A DNA stretch of 64,000 nucleotides from Candidatus Dormiibacterota bacterium (lineage in GTDB: Bacteria > Acidobacteriota > Terriglobia > Acidiferrales > UBA7541), in assembly GCA_035602385.1 (NCBI GenBank), contig DATNME010000008.1, positions 19,441 to 83,440 of the forward strand. Reading direction: 5' to 3'. The translations under genes were made by a program, and so were the position numbers. The notes beneath the pieces were generated by a model. It was not told where the DNA came from. It ran no database searches and saw only the letters and a list, made by a program, of their open reading frames with translations. Below are positions 9,916 through 21,331 of the stretch, one piece after another; position 1 is the first letter of the stretch; each line of letters starts with the position of its first letter.

Positions 9916-12045
9916 TTACTTCGCGGTCGTGGCCTCGGGTTGCGGACGCGCGGGCGACGGATCGCCTTTCACGTAGTGCCCGTACCACGCGAGATAACGT
10001 TCCAAGCGGTCCTTAATGTGGCTTGGCGCGGTGAAACCGTGAAATTCTCCGGGATAAACAACCAATTCCGTTTCGCGCCCCAGCATTTTCAGCGCTTGGT
10101 AGAACTGCTCACCGTTAATAATCGGCACGTTCCAGTCGCTGTCGCCACCCATGAAAAGAGTCGGCGTGGTGACGTTTTTCACTTTGTTGAATGGTGAGAG
10201 CCGTTCATAAACCTCGCGGTGTTCCCAGGGAACGCCAAGTTCATAGACCCAATCGCGCGAATAATGGTCATGGCCGAAGTTTGTGATGTACAGGGCTTCT
10301 CCCGCGCCGGAGATGGCGGCTTTGAATCGTGTGGTTTGCACGATAATGAAATTGGTTGAGATTCCACCGTACGACCATCCGCCCACGCCCAATTTATCGG
10401 GATCCGCAATTCCCTGCGCGATGGCGTAGTCCACCATGGCCATATCGTCCTGATAATCCTTGACTCCCCAATCGGCAAAAATCGCTTTGGAGAATTCTTG
10501 CCCGTAACCCGTAGAACCCCGCGGGTTCGGAAAAAGCACCACGTAACCATTCGCCGCGAGCAACTGCGCCAGATGATCGAATTCAGCGTAGTAGGCCCAC
10601 ACAGGCCCGCCGTGCGGCCGAAGGATGGTGGGATACTTCTTGCCCGGCGTGTAATCCACGGGCTTATAAAGATAGCCGGAGACCAGCGTTCCATCCGGAC
10701 TCTTAAATTTTACGTACTCGCCCACGGACACTTTCAATTGCTTGATCAGCGCATCGTTGACATGGGTGAGTTGTGTGGGTTTTCCCCCGGGGATGGTGTA
10801 CAGCTCCGCGGGGCGATCGATGGTGGCAACCTCGGCGACGATGTCGCCGCTCTTGCCAAGGGCATATCCGCTGACCATTAAGCGTCCACCGAAAGTCCTG
10901 GTGACTTCTCCGCCGCTGGTAGAGATACGGCAAACATTCTGCGTGCCATCGTCGTCGGCGATGAAATAGATAAATTTTCCGTCGGGAGAAAAACGCGGAA
11001 CCTTGGACATGCGGTCGAATGTCAGCGTAAGGACTTTGGCCTCGCCACCGGATGCCGGGGAGATGGCAACCTGCTTGGTGGCGTACACGAAAAGAGCCGC
11101 GTCGGTTTCCGTAATATAAGTGATCCACTTGCCATCAGGGGACCAGAAGGGATCGCGGTCGTCGCCGACGCCGGTCGTAACCTGTATGAGGTGCGCTTCC
11201 TTATCCTTGTTGTCCGCGGCTACGACCCATATGTCGGAATTGTAATTCGCGTCCGGATCGGGCTTTGAGCGATTGCTGGCGAACGCGATCTGTTTGCTAT
11301 CAGGCGACCAGGCTGGCACGGAATCGTCAAAATCGCCGAAGGTAATCTGCGACAGCGATTTGCCGGGCAACTCCAGGGTATACAGATGTGTGCGGCGGCG
11401 ATCCAGGTAGCCGATGGTGTCTTCCTTGAAGTGCAGTCGATCCACGACCCATGGCTTGAGCGTCTTTTTCTTTTCCTTCTCCGCTGTAGCGGTGGCTGCA
11501 GCCGCGGGCTCGGCTTCTGGATCCTTTTCTTTAGCTTCAGCCCGGTCTTTGGCGGCTTCCAATTCCTCCGGCGAAGGGTCGCGAAGAACAAGAACGAGGC
11601 GCCGGCTGTCTGGAGACCAGGCGAAATCTTCGACGTCCTGCGGAGTGTCGGTCAACTGCTGTGCTTCTCCACCGAGCCTGTTGAGCAGCCAGATTTGCGT
11701 TTTACCTTCGTTGCGTTCGGATAGAAACGCGATTAGCTTGCCGTCGGGGCTCCAGCGAGCGTGGTGGGACGAAACGTCTTCGGTGGTTAAAGGAATAGCC
11801 TCGCCACCAGCGCGCGGAAGCATCCAGATTCGCGAGCGGTTTTTGTCTTCTTTCAACAAGGCGGTCTTGACGGTGTAGCTCACCCACTGGGAATCGGGGC
11901 TGATCTGGGGGTCCTCGACTTCGCGAATTCGAAAATAGTCATCGATGGTTATGGGGCGCGGGGCCGGAGAATGAGTTTGCGCGGGGACATCGGCGGAAAA
12001 AACAAAAAACGACCCGAGTAAAAGGCTAAAACAGCGAAACTTCAT
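9916..12045 (-). CDS. S9 family peptidase (dipeptidyl/acylaminoacyl peptidase) with TolB-like propeller
   Basis: PD40-like WSPD repeats; HGGP, GWSYGG nucleophile, D..VP and E.HG catalytic motifs. Confidence 0.92.
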   Translation of the reverse strand: MKFRCFSLLLGSFFVFSADVPAQTHSPAPRPITIDDYFRIREVEDPQISPDSQWVSYTVKTALLKEDKNRSRIWMLPRAGGEAIPLTTEDVSSHHARWSPDGKLIAFLSERNEGKTQIWLLNRLGGEAQQLTDTPQDVEDFAWSPDSRRLVLVLRDPSPEELEAAKDRAEAKEKDPEAEPAAAATATAEKEKKKTLKPWVVDRLHFKEDTIGYLDRRRTHLYTLELPGKSLSQITFGDFDDSVPAWSPDSKQIAFASNRSKPDPDANYNSDIWVVAADNKDKEAHLIQVTTGVGDDRDPFWSPDGKWITYITETDAALFVYATKQVAISPASGGEAKVLTLTFDRMSKVPRFSPDGKFIYFIADDDGTQNVCRISTSGGEVTRTFGGRLMVSGYALGKSGDIVAEVATIDRPAELYTIPGGKPTQLTHVNDALIKQLKVSVGEYVKFKSPDGTLVSGYLYKPVDYTPGKKYPTILRPHGGPVWAYYAEFDHLAQLLAANGYVVLFPNPRGSTGYGQEFSKAIFADWGVKDYQDDMAMVDYAIAQGIADPDKLGVGGWSYGGISTNFIIVQTTRFKAAISGAGEALYITNFGHDHYSRDWVYELGVPWEHREVYERLSPFNKVKNVTTPTLFMGGDSDWNVPIINGEQFYQALKMLGRETELVVYPGEFHGFTAPSHIKDRLERYLAWYGHYVKGDPSPARPQPEATTAK

Positions 12046-12286
12046 TGGTTGGCTCCGTCGAAAAGGAAGTTTGCGGCGCTAATTTCGAGCGATTCGCGAA
12101 TTTTAACATAGCAGAAGCTAAATTCTTCCATCGGTGGCCGAAAGGCCGGTAACTACACTGAAAAAAAGTTTTGGGTAGGGTCATTTTTTTCTTGCATGAC
12201 AGTGCAGAGATTGTATTCTCCAAATGTGGGCTCGCTCCGAATGAATTTCGAGAGCGAGGGTCATCCGAGGAGGACGAGACAAAAAA

Positions 12287-13684
12287 TTGAGCACTGTATC
12301 CCTTCCCGCTTCTTTACCCGTCCATACCATTTCTCTCCCAAAAAAAAGAGTCGCAAAGTTGACACTGTGGCCGCTGGTGGCTGCGACGTTTTTCATGGTT
12401 TCCGGCGGAACCTATGGGACCGAGGAAATCGTCCACGGCGCGGGCTACGGGCGCGCGATTTTAATCCTTTTGTTCACACCAATTCTCTGGAGCTTGCCGA
12501 CGGCATTCATGATTGGCGAGTTGTCGAGCGCGTTGCCGGCTGAAGGCGGTTATTACGCCTGGGTACGCCGAGGACTGGGCAATTTCTGGGGTTTTCAGGA
12601 AGCGTGGCTGTCGCTGGTGGCTAGTATTTTCGACATGGCCATCTACCCGACGCTGTTTGTAGCGTACCTGACGCGTTTGGCGCCTTGGTTCGGCATTGGT
12701 CACCGTGGCGTGATGGTCGCTCTCGGCGTCGTGGTCGTGTGCGCGGCTTTGAATATTGCGGGAATTCGCGTGGTCGGCGTCACCTCGTTGTGGTTGTTCT
12801 TTTTGCTTTCGGCGCCGTTTGCTTTGATTGTGGTTCTTGCGCCATTCAAGATGGGCGCGCTGGCAGGCGCGCATACCGCCCCAGTGACCTCGACCGTGGG
12901 CCTGCTGGGCGGCACGCTCATCGCCATGTGGAATTACATGGGTTGGGATAACGCCTCGACCATCGCACAAGAAGTGGAGCGGCCTCAGCGCACCTATCCA
13001 AAAGCGATGATAGCCGCCGTTATTCTGGTTTCACTCACCTACATTCTTCCGGTGCTAGCGGTGTACTTGACCGGAGTTCCGGCGGCGGCATTTGAAACTG
13101 GCTCGTGGGCCGATCTTGCCGGGATGATGGGCGGCAATTGGTTGCGTGTCGCGCTGGTTTTGGGCGGAATGATGAGCGGGTTCGGGATGTTCAACGCGCT
13201 GGTGATGAGCTATTCGCGGCTCCCGTTAGCGATGGCTCGAGACGGGATGCTGCCAAAAATATTTGCCAAAACACATCCGAAGACGCGGGCGCCATGGGTG
13301 GCGATTTTAGTTTGCGCCACAGGTTGGGCGTTGTGCCTGGGCTTGGGCTTCGAACGGCTGGTAACCCTGGACGTAATGCTTTATGGCGCCAGCTTGACAC
13401 TTGAATTCGTGACCCTGGTCGCATTGCGCATTCGCGAGCCAAAATTGAAACGCGGGTTTCGCGTGCCAGGCGGACTTCCCGGCGCAGTGCTAGCCGGAGT
13501 ATTCCCGATCGCCTTGCTGAGTATTTCTCTTTTTCGCAGCGAAAAGGAGACGGTTCTGGGAATGAATGGCCTGCTCTTTGGATTTTTGATTATTTTGAGT
13601 GGGTTTCTGGTCTATATGGCCACCGGAAAATTACGGGAAAATCACGCGGAACACGCCCGGCTGGAAACGGCCGCTGCAGACTGA
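12287..13684 (+). CDS. APC family amino acid/polyamine permease
   Basis: ~12 TM helices; VSGGTYGTE, PAEGGYYAWV, WNYMGWDNAS, SRLPLAMARDGMLP. Confidence 0.88.
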   Translation: MSTVSLPASLPVHTISLPKKRVAKLTLWPLVAATFFMVSGGTYGTEEIVHGAGYGRAILILLFTPILWSLPTAFMIGELSSALPAEGGYYAWVRRGLGNFWGFQEAWLSLVASIFDMAIYPTLFVAYLTRLAPWFGIGHRGVMVALGVVVVCAALNIAGIRVVGVTSLWLFFLLSAPFALIVVLAPFKMGALAGAHTAPVTSTVGLLGGTLIAMWNYMGWDNASTIAQEVERPQRTYPKAMIAAVILVSLTYILPVLAVYLTGVPAAAFETGSWADLAGMMGGNWLRVALVLGGMMSGFGMFNALVMSYSRLPLAMARDGMLPKIFAKTHPKTRAPWVAILVCATGWALCLGLGFERLVTLDVMLYGASLTLEFVTLVALRIREPKLKRGFRVPGGLPGAVLAGVFPIALLSISLFRSEKETVLGMNGLLFGFLIILSGFLVYMATGKLRENHAEHARLETAAAD

Positions 13685-13708
13685 ACTTCAGGAAGTCGAG
13701 AAAGTTCC

Positions 13709-13740
13709 AAGGGACGACCAACATTTGGCCGTCCCTTTTT
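13709..13740 (+). terminator. Rho-independent terminator
   Basis: AAGGGACG...CGTCCCTT hairpin followed by a T run just after the permease stop. Confidence 0.7.
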
Positions 13741-13741
13741 C

Positions 13742-14686
13742 GTGTCCACGCAACAGTTTGACGGCAGCGAGGCAGCAGACAATTTTGATATGCTGCTGAA
13801 CGTGAGTACTCCCCTAAAGCGTTCGGCAAATATTCTTGAAAAATTTTCATTGCTGGCACGCTCAAGGCCACGCCGGCTATTTGCTGCAACTTTGGCGCTT
13901 TCCGGATGCGCATTGGCAACAGCATCCGCCGTGCCAGGAATTTCCGCGCAATCCGGCGCTCCAGCAGTACCGCAAAGCTCAACCCCCGCGGCTACCGATG
14001 CACAACTCGCGCCTCCGCCTGCTGCGCAAACGCCGATTCCGCCGCGGCCGGTCCGTCCTGCCGGAAACATTGTAGTGATCGACCCTGCGCACGGGGGAAC
14101 GGATCCAGGAGCGAGAGGCACCGGGGGAATCCGTGAAAGCGAAATGGTATTAGGATTTGCCGCGCAAATTCGCAAAGCGCTGGAAGCGCAAGGCGTGCAG
14201 GTTTTACAGACCCGGGATGGAAACGACAATCCCTCATTCGACGACCGTTCCACAAGAGCCAACGCGCAAAACGGAGCAATTTTTGTGACGCTGCATATTT
14301 CCTCGACGGGGATTCCGGGAACGGTTCGAGTGTATGTAATGAACGACATGCCTGTTACTAGCGACACCGCGGGATTAATCCGCTGGGATCGCGCACAGGC
14401 GCCATTTCTGAGCTTGAGCAGAAAACTCGGCGACCTAGTGCAAAAAGAATTAGCCAGGACATTCAAAGGCTCGCCGGCAACGGCGCAAGTTGCGGCCGTG
14501 CGGCAATTGCGTACGACAGCGGCTCCAGCGATTGCGGTGGAAATTTCCAGCGTCTCCGTTGACGACCGGGCTGAACTCGATCACATGGCGCCCGGAGTCG
14601 CAGATGCGATCGCCCACGGCGTTAGCGCATTCCGCCCGCTGTATGTGCCAGCATCGCCGGCCCTGGCAGGAAGCGTGGCGCGATGA
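13742..14686 (+). CDS. N-acetylmuramoyl-L-alanine amidase (Amidase_3); true start probably downstream
   Basis: VVIDPAHGGTDPGA, RESEM, TLHIS, AVEIS zinc/catalytic residues. Confidence 0.85.
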   Translation: MSTQQFDGSEAADNFDMLLNVSTPLKRSANILEKFSLLARSRPRRLFAATLALSGCALATASAVPGISAQSGAPAVPQSSTPAATDAQLAPPPAAQTPIPPRPVRPAGNIVVIDPAHGGTDPGARGTGGIRESEMVLGFAAQIRKALEAQGVQVLQTRDGNDNPSFDDRSTRANAQNGAIFVTLHISSTGIPGTVRVYVMNDMPVTSDTAGLIRWDRAQAPFLSLSRKLGDLVQKELARTFKGSPATAQVAAVRQLRTTAAPAIAVEISSVSVDDRAELDHMAPGVADAIAHGVSAFRPLYVPASPALAGSVAR

Positions 14687-15378
14687 TGCAAGGCTGGCGA
14701 CTATGGCTTGCAGCCGTTCTAGTGGTGGCGGTGATTGCCGGCGCCATCTATTTGCCCGGTTTGCGCCGGCGCATGCGCGAAGCCGCGCGAATACAGCAGA
14801 AAAGCGCGGAACAGGCGCGGCAGGAGTTAGCCGCACCGATAACAACTTCCGGTGAAGCGCGAGTAAAAGCCAAACTTTTTTGGGCTTCCAGCGAAGATCA
14901 TGGAACGCTCGCGCCAGTCATGGTGGACCTACCGCTTTCGAATGATCCGGTGTTGCGCGCCAAACAGGTGCTGAATACGTTGTTGGCCGGACCTGTTGAA
15001 GCTGACCTGCGCACGTTGCCTCCCGATGTGGTCTTGCTGGCCTTCTACGTTTTGCCGGATGGAACGGCGATCGGTGATTTTTCCGAAGCGCTGGCCACTT
15101 CCCTTCCTTCAGGAATACAAAGCGAACAATTGGCGGTGGATTCCATTGCGCGAACCTTGGAAGCAAACGTTCCTCAAATCCAAAGGCTGAAGATTCTAAT
15201 TCACGGCCAGGAGATGGAGTCTCTGGCAGGACATGTGGATCTGACCGTTTTGTTCCCGGTGAACAGTAAAGCCGCATTAAAAGCGGACTTGTCTGGGACC
15301 GCAATAACGACGGCACCGGCAGCGTTGACACCGGTTACGGACAACGGCAAACTGGCCGCGCGTCAACCGAAGATGTGA
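14683..15378 (+). CDS. GerMN domain protein
   Basis: N-terminal TM; LLAGP, SEQLAVDSIARTL, LAGHVDL; lies between amidase and rph. Confidence 0.82.
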   Translation: MMQGWRLWLAAVLVVAVIAGAIYLPGLRRRMREAARIQQKSAEQARQELAAPITTSGEARVKAKLFWASSEDHGTLAPVMVDLPLSNDPVLRAKQVLNTLLAGPVEADLRTLPPDVVLLAFYVLPDGTAIGDFSEALATSLPSGIQSEQLAVDSIARTLEANVPQIQRLKILIHGQEMESLAGHVDLTVLFPVNSKAALKADLSGTAITTAPAALTPVTDNGKLAARQPKM

Positions 15379-15403
15379 ATGACGTTGCGATTGAAAGCAA
15401 TTT

Positions 15404-16159
15404 TTGATTCCCGGAGGGCTAGTGAGAGTTGATGGCCGCAACGCCGACCAGATCCGTCCGCTGAAGATCACGCCGGATTTCATCTCTACAGCGGAAGGAA
15501 GTGTGTTGATTGAGTTGGGAAACACTCGCGTGATTTGCACCGCTACGGTGGACGATGGCGTGCCAGGATTTTTGAAAGGCCAGGGCAAAGGCTGGGTAAC
15601 CAGTGAGTACGGTATGCTGCCTCGCGCCACGGAAGAGCGCACGCCCCGGGAAGCCGCGCGCGGTAAGCAATCTGGCAGGACGCTGGAAATTCAGCGATTG
15701 ATTGGGCGTTCGCTACGCGCGGTGACCGACCAGGAAGCGCTTGGCGAACGCACCGTTTGGCTGGACTGCGATGTAATTCAAGCAGACGGCGGAACGAGAA
15801 CCGCTTCAATCACCGGCGCGTTTGTGGCGATGGCGATGGCGTTTGACCGATTGGTTGCGGCGGGAATTTTGAAACACACTCCTCTGATTGATACCGTGGC
15901 TGCTACCAGTGTTGGCCTGGTCGATGATCGCGTTCTGCTGGACCTCGCGTATGAGGAAGATTCACGCGCGGAGGTAGACATGAACGTGGTGATGACCGGC
16001 GCCGGCGATTTTGTGGAGATACAAGCCTCGGCGGAAGGGCGGCCGTTCACCGGAAGCGAAATGCAGGATCTGCTGGCGCTGGCGGCGGCGGGAATCCGGC
16101 GATTGTCGGAGGCGCAACGCGCGCTGCTACCCGTAAAGTTTGCAACCCGTGGCCACTGA
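15404..16159 (+). CDS. rph: Ribonuclease PH
   Basis: [53 protein letters not shown]. Confidence 0.97.
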   Translation: MIPGGLVRVDGRNADQIRPLKITPDFISTAEGSVLIELGNTRVICTATVDDGVPGFLKGQGKGWVTSEYGMLPRATEERTPREAARGKQSGRTLEIQRLIGRSLRAVTDQEALGERTVWLDCDVIQADGGTRTASITGAFVAMAMAFDRLVAAGILKHTPLIDTVAATSVGLVDDRVLLDLAYEEDSRAEVDMNVVMTGAGDFVEIQASAEGRPFTGSEMQDLLALAAAGIRRLSEAQRALLPVKFATRGH

Positions 16160-16754
16160 ATTATTTCTGGCATCGTCGAATGCCGGTAAACTCGCTGAAT
16201 ACCAGAAACTCGCCGAGGGCGCGGGTTACGAAGAGGATTTGCAACTGCAACTTTTACCGGAGTTTGCATCGCTCCCATCTTTCGAAGAGAATGCGCCAAC
16301 CTTCGCGGAAAATGCAGCAGGCAAGGCGCTACACTACTCCCGGCTCTGCGACAAACGAGTTTTCGCCGATGATTCGGGTCTGGTGGTGCCGGAGCTGGGC
16401 GGCGCGCCGGGCGTGATATCCGCGCGATACGCGGGACCCGGTGCAAGCGACGCACAAAAAATGGCAAAGTTGCTGGCGGAGTTGCGCGATCAGCGCGGCG
16501 CGCAAAGGAGCGCTTACTTCGTTTGCGCAATCGCACTGGCGGAGCGCGGGCGAGTTCAGGCGGTGATTACCGCTCGTGCTGATGGAGAAATAACGGAACA
16601 ACAACGCGGCTCAGGTGGCTTTGGATACGATCCGATATTTTTCTTTCCGCCCGTGAAAAAAACTTTTGCCGAACTTTCCGCCGAAGAAAAAAATCGCTAC
16701 AGCCACAGAGGCAAAGCGTTCCGGCGCATGATCGCGGCCCTGAATCAGCCATAA
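16140..16754 (+). CDS. rdgB: Non-canonical purine NTP pyrophosphatase (HAM1)
   Basis: [40 protein letters not shown]. Confidence 0.95.
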   Translation: MQPVATELFLASSNAGKLAEYQKLAEGAGYEEDLQLQLLPEFASLPSFEENAPTFAENAAGKALHYSRLCDKRVFADDSGLVVPELGGAPGVISARYAGPGASDAQKMAKLLAELRDQRGAQRSAYFVCAIALAERGRVQAVITARADGEITEQQRGSGGFGYDPIFFFPPVKKTFAELSAEEKNRYSHRGKAFRRMIAALNQP

Positions 16755-16800
16755 GGTCCGAACCGGTCGAGTTTTTTTGGCTTAGTCGTTTTTTGCCGCT

Positions 16801-17541
16801 ATGAAGAACGCAAAAAGAAAAGCCGCTAAAGCAGCGCGAAAAACGCGGCAACCTGCCGAGAACCGCAAAACCGGGCTTCGTGTGCCGGCAAACGCAACCG
16901 GCGGAACCGCGCCAAGGCGCGTTCGAGCAATTTTGCAGAAGCTTGACGAAGCGTATCCAAATGCGGTGTGCGAGCTGACGCATGAAAGCCCGCTGCAACT
17001 ATTGATCTCCACAATACTCTCCGCGCAATGCACGGATGTGCGCGTAAATCAGGTGGCAAAAACTTTATACAAAAAATATCCGACGCTGGAAGCATTTGCG
17101 TACGCCACCCCTTCCGAATTGGAGGCAGACATCCGGCCAACCGGATTTTTTAGAAACAAGACCAAATCGATTATGGCTGCCAGCAAAATGTTGCTGGACA
17201 ATTTTGGCGGGAAAGTACCGCGTACCATGGAAGAAATACTGACGCTTCCAGGGGTAGCGAGAAAAACGGCAAACGTGGTGCTTGGAACAGCGTATGGAAT
17301 TGCAAGCGGAGTGGTGGTGGATACGCACGTACAGCGAGTTTCGCAACGTCTGGATTTGACGCGCAATGAAGAACCAAAAAAAATTGAACAGGATTTGATA
17401 GCGATTCTGCCGAAGGAGAAATGGATCCAGTTTTCCCACCAGATCATTTGGCACGGCCGCCGGGCGTGCATCGCGCGTAAACCGAGGTGCGTGGAATGCA
17501 ACCTGGAGAGAATTTGTTATTCGACGGACAAAACCATCTGA
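16801..17541 (+). CDS. nth: Endonuclease III
   Basis: LSAQCTDVRVN, HhH LPGVARKTANVV, VDTHV, C-terminal 4Fe-4S motif C..RKPRC..C....C. Confidence 0.96.
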   Translation: MKNAKRKAAKAARKTRQPAENRKTGLRVPANATGGTAPRRVRAILQKLDEAYPNAVCELTHESPLQLLISTILSAQCTDVRVNQVAKTLYKKYPTLEAFAYATPSELEADIRPTGFFRNKTKSIMAASKMLLDNFGGKVPRTMEEILTLPGVARKTANVVLGTAYGIASGVVVDTHVQRVSQRLDLTRNEEPKKIEQDLIAILPKEKWIQFSHQIIWHGRRACIARKPRCVECNLERICYSTDKTI

Positions 17542-17670
17542 AAAAAAGAGGAGCTAAACCTAAACCCGTTTTAGCGTTACGGTTTGCAGTGAAAGATGAG
17601 TGCGGCAATGGCGGTGCCGATTTGGAGTAAACCGAACAATTACAGTAAAATGAGGCTGCTTGTTTCATGT

Positions 17671-17747
17671 CGGGGCGTAGCGCAGCCTGGTAGCGCGCCT
17701 GCCTTGGGCGCAGGAGGTCCCGAGTTCAAATCTCGGCGCCCCGACCA
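17671..17747 (+). tRNA. tRNA-Pro(TGG)
   Basis: Complete cloverleaf CGGGGCG...CGCCCCG-ACCA; anticodon arm CCTGC-CTTGGGC-GCAGG; T-loop GTTCAAAT. Confidence 0.97.
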
Positions 17748-17780
17748 CTTCTTACATCTCAATCCAGAAAAATTTATAAC

Positions 17781-18575
17781 TTAGTCTTCCAGGGTTGGGA
17801 GGGTCTTCAGAACTTCGGTGGCAACGGGCCGGCTGAGAACCGGTTCATCTTTGCGGATTTTTCCATCACGAAAAATGAGCACGCGCTTGGCGTATTGCGC
17901 GATATCCAGTTCGTGCGTAACCAGCACGATGGTCAGCCCTTTGTCGTTTAGATTTTGAAAAATTTCCATAATCTCAACCGACGTGCGGCTATCCAGGTTG
18001 CCGGTTGGTTCGTCCGCTAAAAGAATGGATGGACGATTTACCAACGCGCGCGCGATGGCCACACGTTGCTGTTGCCCACCCGACATTTGAGACGGGAAGT
18101 GGTGTGCGCGGTTGGCTAGTCCCACGAGGGCCAGCGCTTCTTTCGCGCGTTTCTCGCGCTCGGCTTTATCCACTTTGGTATAAAGCGTGGGAAGCTGCGT
18201 GTTTTCCAAGGCGGTGGTACGCGCAAGAAGGTTAAATCCCTGAAAAACAAATCCAATTTTCTGATTTCTGATCAGCGCCAACGCCTTTTTATCGTGTTGC
18301 ACAATATCGATGTCCTCGAGCAAATATCGGCCGGAGCTGGGCCGGTCAAGCGTGCCGAGCATATTCATGAACGTGGATTTGCCGCTGCCGCTGGCCCCCA
18401 TGATGGCCACAAACTCTCCGCGGCGAATATCCACACTCACGCCGCGCAGAGCGTGTACGCGAGTTTCACCCAAGTCATAATATTTGTGGACATCTTCGAC
18501 GCGTATAACCACGTCGACTGGAGCGGAGACATTCGAGGGTGGCATCGCTTGCATAGTTGGCGTTGATGCTGGCAT
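17781..18575 (-). CDS. ABC transporter ATP-binding protein (MacB/LolD-like)
   Basis: [34 protein letters not shown]. Confidence 0.93.
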   Translation of the reverse strand: MPASTPTMQAMPPSNVSAPVDVVIRVEDVHKYYDLGETRVHALRGVSVDIRRGEFVAIMGASGSGKSTFMNMLGTLDRPSSGRYLLEDIDIVQHDKKALALIRNQKIGFVFQGFNLLARTTALENTQLPTLYTKVDKAEREKRAKEALALVGLANRAHHFPSQMSGGQQQRVAIARALVNRPSILLADEPTGNLDSRTSVEIMEIFQNLNDKGLTIVLVTHELDIAQYAKRVLIFRDGKIRKDEPVLSRPVATEVLKTLPTLED

Positions 18576-18589
18576 GTCACTTAATGGAA

Positions 18590-19924
18590 TTAATGCTTGA
18601 GCGTTCCCGGCGCGGCGGTTTTTGGCATTACGGACCTGATGATAACCGGATCTCCTTCTTTTAGTTCCCCGTTCAACACGGCGCTGACCTCGGTGTACGC
18701 GTGATCGGTAATGCCAAGTGAAACCTTAACTGGTTCCATTCCGTTGTCAGCCCTGAGCTTCCACACCACCGCGGTATCTGTTTTTGGCGCACGCGTATTG
18801 TTCTGCAGGTTTACCGCAGCCTGAGCCACACTGTCGCTTGCTGACGAAGCTTGCTCTTTCGCGCTTATTCTTTCGTTCATCTCAATGCCAAATTTTTTGT
18901 AAAGCGCCAGAACATCTTCGGGCGGAAGCGGTGGTTTATAACGCAAGGCGGTATTGGGAACTTTCAGGGCGTTCTGCACCGTTGCCACGGGTATGGTTAC
19001 GTACGCCGTCATCCCCGGAAAAAGTTTAAGGTCGGGATTTTTGAACTCAATGATCGTGTCGTAAGTAACGACGTTTTGCACGGTGGTGGGGTTCATGCGC
19101 ACCTGGCTGACGGTGCCATGAAAAGTTTCTTTTGGAAAAGCGTCTACCTTAAACGTCACCGGCTTGCCCGGCTTGATGTTGCCAACATCGGATTCGTCTG
19201 TTTTTGTATACACGAGCATCTTGGTTAAGTCCTGGGCAATAGTGAAAACCGTCGGCGCTTGCAAAGAAGCGGCCACCGTTTGCCCCACATCCACGTTGCG
19301 CGCCACCACTGTGCCGTCAATCGGCGAGCGGATGACCGTGTAGTTCAAATTGATCTTGGCGACAGCTTCCGCGGCGGTTTTTTGGCTGACTTGCGCTTCC
19401 GCCTGCGTAACGTTAGCGGCCGACGCGCCCACCGCGGCTCTCGCTGAATCATAATTTGCCCTGGTTAGATCCAGCTGCTGTTTGCTCATGATATTCGCTT
19501 TGGAAAGCTCGGCGGCGCGATCGTAATCAGCCTTGGTCTGCACCGCTGCCGATTTCGCTTTTTCTAAATTTGCTTTGGCGGCCGCCAGGTTAGCTTTGGC
19601 ATTGTCTAAATCCGCGGAAGCCTGTAACAAAGCGCCCTGAAAAAGTGCAGGGTCAATAAGCGCAACCACATCGCCTTTGTGCACGCGTGAGTTGAAGTCC
19701 ACATTCAGTTTCGCAATTGTTCCGGAAACCTGTGATCCGACTTGCACGGTAATTACCGCGTTGATCGTTCCGGTAGCTTCCACAACGTCGTGAATATCGC
19801 CCCGCTCCACTTTGGCGGTAAAGTGCTGGGGCTCTTCACCACGATTCAGGCGGAATGAAGCCAACAACACACCCACAACCGCGATAACCGTCAGGATGAT
19901 CCATTTGCTCTTTATCTTCTTCAT
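18590..19924 (-). CDS. Efflux periplasmic adaptor subunit (MacA-like)
   Basis: VQVGSQVSGTI, IRSPIDGTV, VDESD-type and VTYD motifs; start at ATG 19924. Confidence 0.9.
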   Translation of the reverse strand: MKKIKSKWIILTVIAVVGVLLASFRLNRGEEPQHFTAKVERGDIHDVVEATGTINAVITVQVGSQVSGTIAKLNVDFNSRVHKGDVVALIDPALFQGALLQASADLDNAKANLAAAKANLEKAKSAAVQTKADYDRAAELSKANIMSKQQLDLTRANYDSARAAVGASAANVTQAEAQVSQKTAAEAVAKINLNYTVIRSPIDGTVVARNVDVGQTVAASLQAPTVFTIAQDLTKMLVYTKTDESDVGNIKPGKPVTFKVDAFPKETFHGTVSQVRMNPTTVQNVVTYDTIIEFKNPDLKLFPGMTAYVTIPVATVQNALKVPNTALRYKPPLPPEDVLALYKKFGIEMNERISAKEQASSASDSVAQAAVNLQNNTRAPKTDTAVVWKLRADNGMEPVKVSLGITDHAYTEVSAVLNGELKEGDPVIIRSVMPKTAAPGTLKH

Positions 19925-19952
19925 GTCTGTCCTGGAACGCGAAATGCGGTTT

Positions 19953-21170
19953 TCATTCGTAGCGCAGCGCTTCAATCGGATCCAGGCGGGAGGCCTTGCG
20001 CGCCGGGTAATACCCAAAAAAGACACCAACTGTCACCGAAAATAATGCCGCAATGACCACGGACCCGACAGACATTTGAATCGGCCAATGAAGCGTCTGC
20101 CCTATAAGGTAGGAGCCGCCTACGCCAAACAGCACGCCCGCAGCCCCACCAACTAGACTGAGCATCACCGATTCGCCCAGAAACTGTAGCTGTATCGCTG
20201 CCTCCGTGGCGCCAACCGCTACGCGTACGCCAATTTCACGCGTGCGCTCGGTTACCGAGACCAGCATCACGTTCATGATTCCGATACCACCAACAATTAA
20301 TGAAATGGAAGCGATAGCGATCAGCAGAATAGTGAGAGTCCGGCTGGCCTCGAGTTGCGCTTGAATAACGTCTTCAGGATTGCGGACGTTGAAGTCGTCG
20401 TCTTCTTCCGGACGCAGATGGTGGCGATCGCGAAGCACTGCCGCAGCTTCTTGTCCGGCGGCCTTGACCGCGCTTTGCGAAACCGCGGAACAAAGAATGT
20501 CATCCAGCCAGGCGTCGCCTTTGATTTTTTTCTGGGCGGTAGTATATGGCATCACAACCGTGTCGTCCTGGTCCGTTCCGGAAACCGAAAGCCCCTTGGG
20601 ATGCAGGACAGCAACAATCTTGCACGGGAGATTTTTCACCCTCAGAATTTTTCCAATAGGATCTTCCACCCCGAAAAGCTGATCGCGAACTGTCCGTCCA
20701 ATGGCGCACACATCCGCCGCGCGATCTACATCATCCTGGGAAAAAGCCGCGCCCTGATCCACGGTCCAGCGTTTGATATCGAAATATTCCGGCGATACCC
20801 CGCGATAGCGGGTAAACCAGTTTTGGTTTCCGTAAATTATTTGCACGTTACCATCCACGTTCGGCGTAACGTTTTTGATCAGCGGTATTTGATTTTTGAT
20901 GGCCACGGCATCGGCATACGTCAGCGTTTTAGTTCCGTGCGTTCCGGTGCGCACGCCGTTCACTGCGCGGCCTCCCGCTTCAATCCACACGAGACTATCG
21001 CCAAGGTTGTTCAACTGCTCTTCAACTCGCGCTTGCCCCGCGTTTCCAATCGCGACAACGCAAATGACCGCGGCAATCCCGATGGTGATACCGAGAACCG
21101 TCAAGATGCTGCGCATCTTATTGCGAAGCAAGGCTACCAAAGCGGATTGCAGCAGAGCCGAGTAATTCAA
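19953..21170 (-). CDS. ABC transporter permease (MacB-like)
   Basis: RNKMRSILTVLGITIG, GGIGIMNVMLVSVTERTREIG, PARKASRLDPIEALRYE. Confidence 0.93.
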   Translation of the reverse strand: MNYSALLQSALVALLRNKMRSILTVLGITIGIAAVICVVAIGNAGQARVEEQLNNLGDSLVWIEAGGRAVNGVRTGTHGTKTLTYADAVAIKNQIPLIKNVTPNVDGNVQIIYGNQNWFTRYRGVSPEYFDIKRWTVDQGAAFSQDDVDRAADVCAIGRTVRDQLFGVEDPIGKILRVKNLPCKIVAVLHPKGLSVSGTDQDDTVVMPYTTAQKKIKGDAWLDDILCSAVSQSAVKAAGQEAAAVLRDRHHLRPEEDDDFNVRNPEDVIQAQLEASRTLTILLIAIASISLIVGGIGIMNVMLVSVTERTREIGVRVAVGATEAAIQLQFLGESVMLSLVGGAAGVLFGVGGSYLIGQTLHWPIQMSVGSVVIAALFSVTVGVFFGYYPARKASRLDPIEALRYE

Positions 21171-21331
21171 ATTTCACCTGACAAGACTGGGACGCGCGCG
21201 CTCATGCGGTGGTTACTGTCCTCGCGTACGAACCTCAATTCTCCGCAAACGGAGATAAATACAGTATTAATCATAGTCTTGCCGAACTGTTGAAGCGAGG
21301 AATGGGTAGACTCGAATGTGGTTCTAAACGT

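Noticed and set aside
15378-15404. No glutamate racemase gene between GerMN and rph
   Set aside because: Gene-order variation that cannot be evaluated without related genomes
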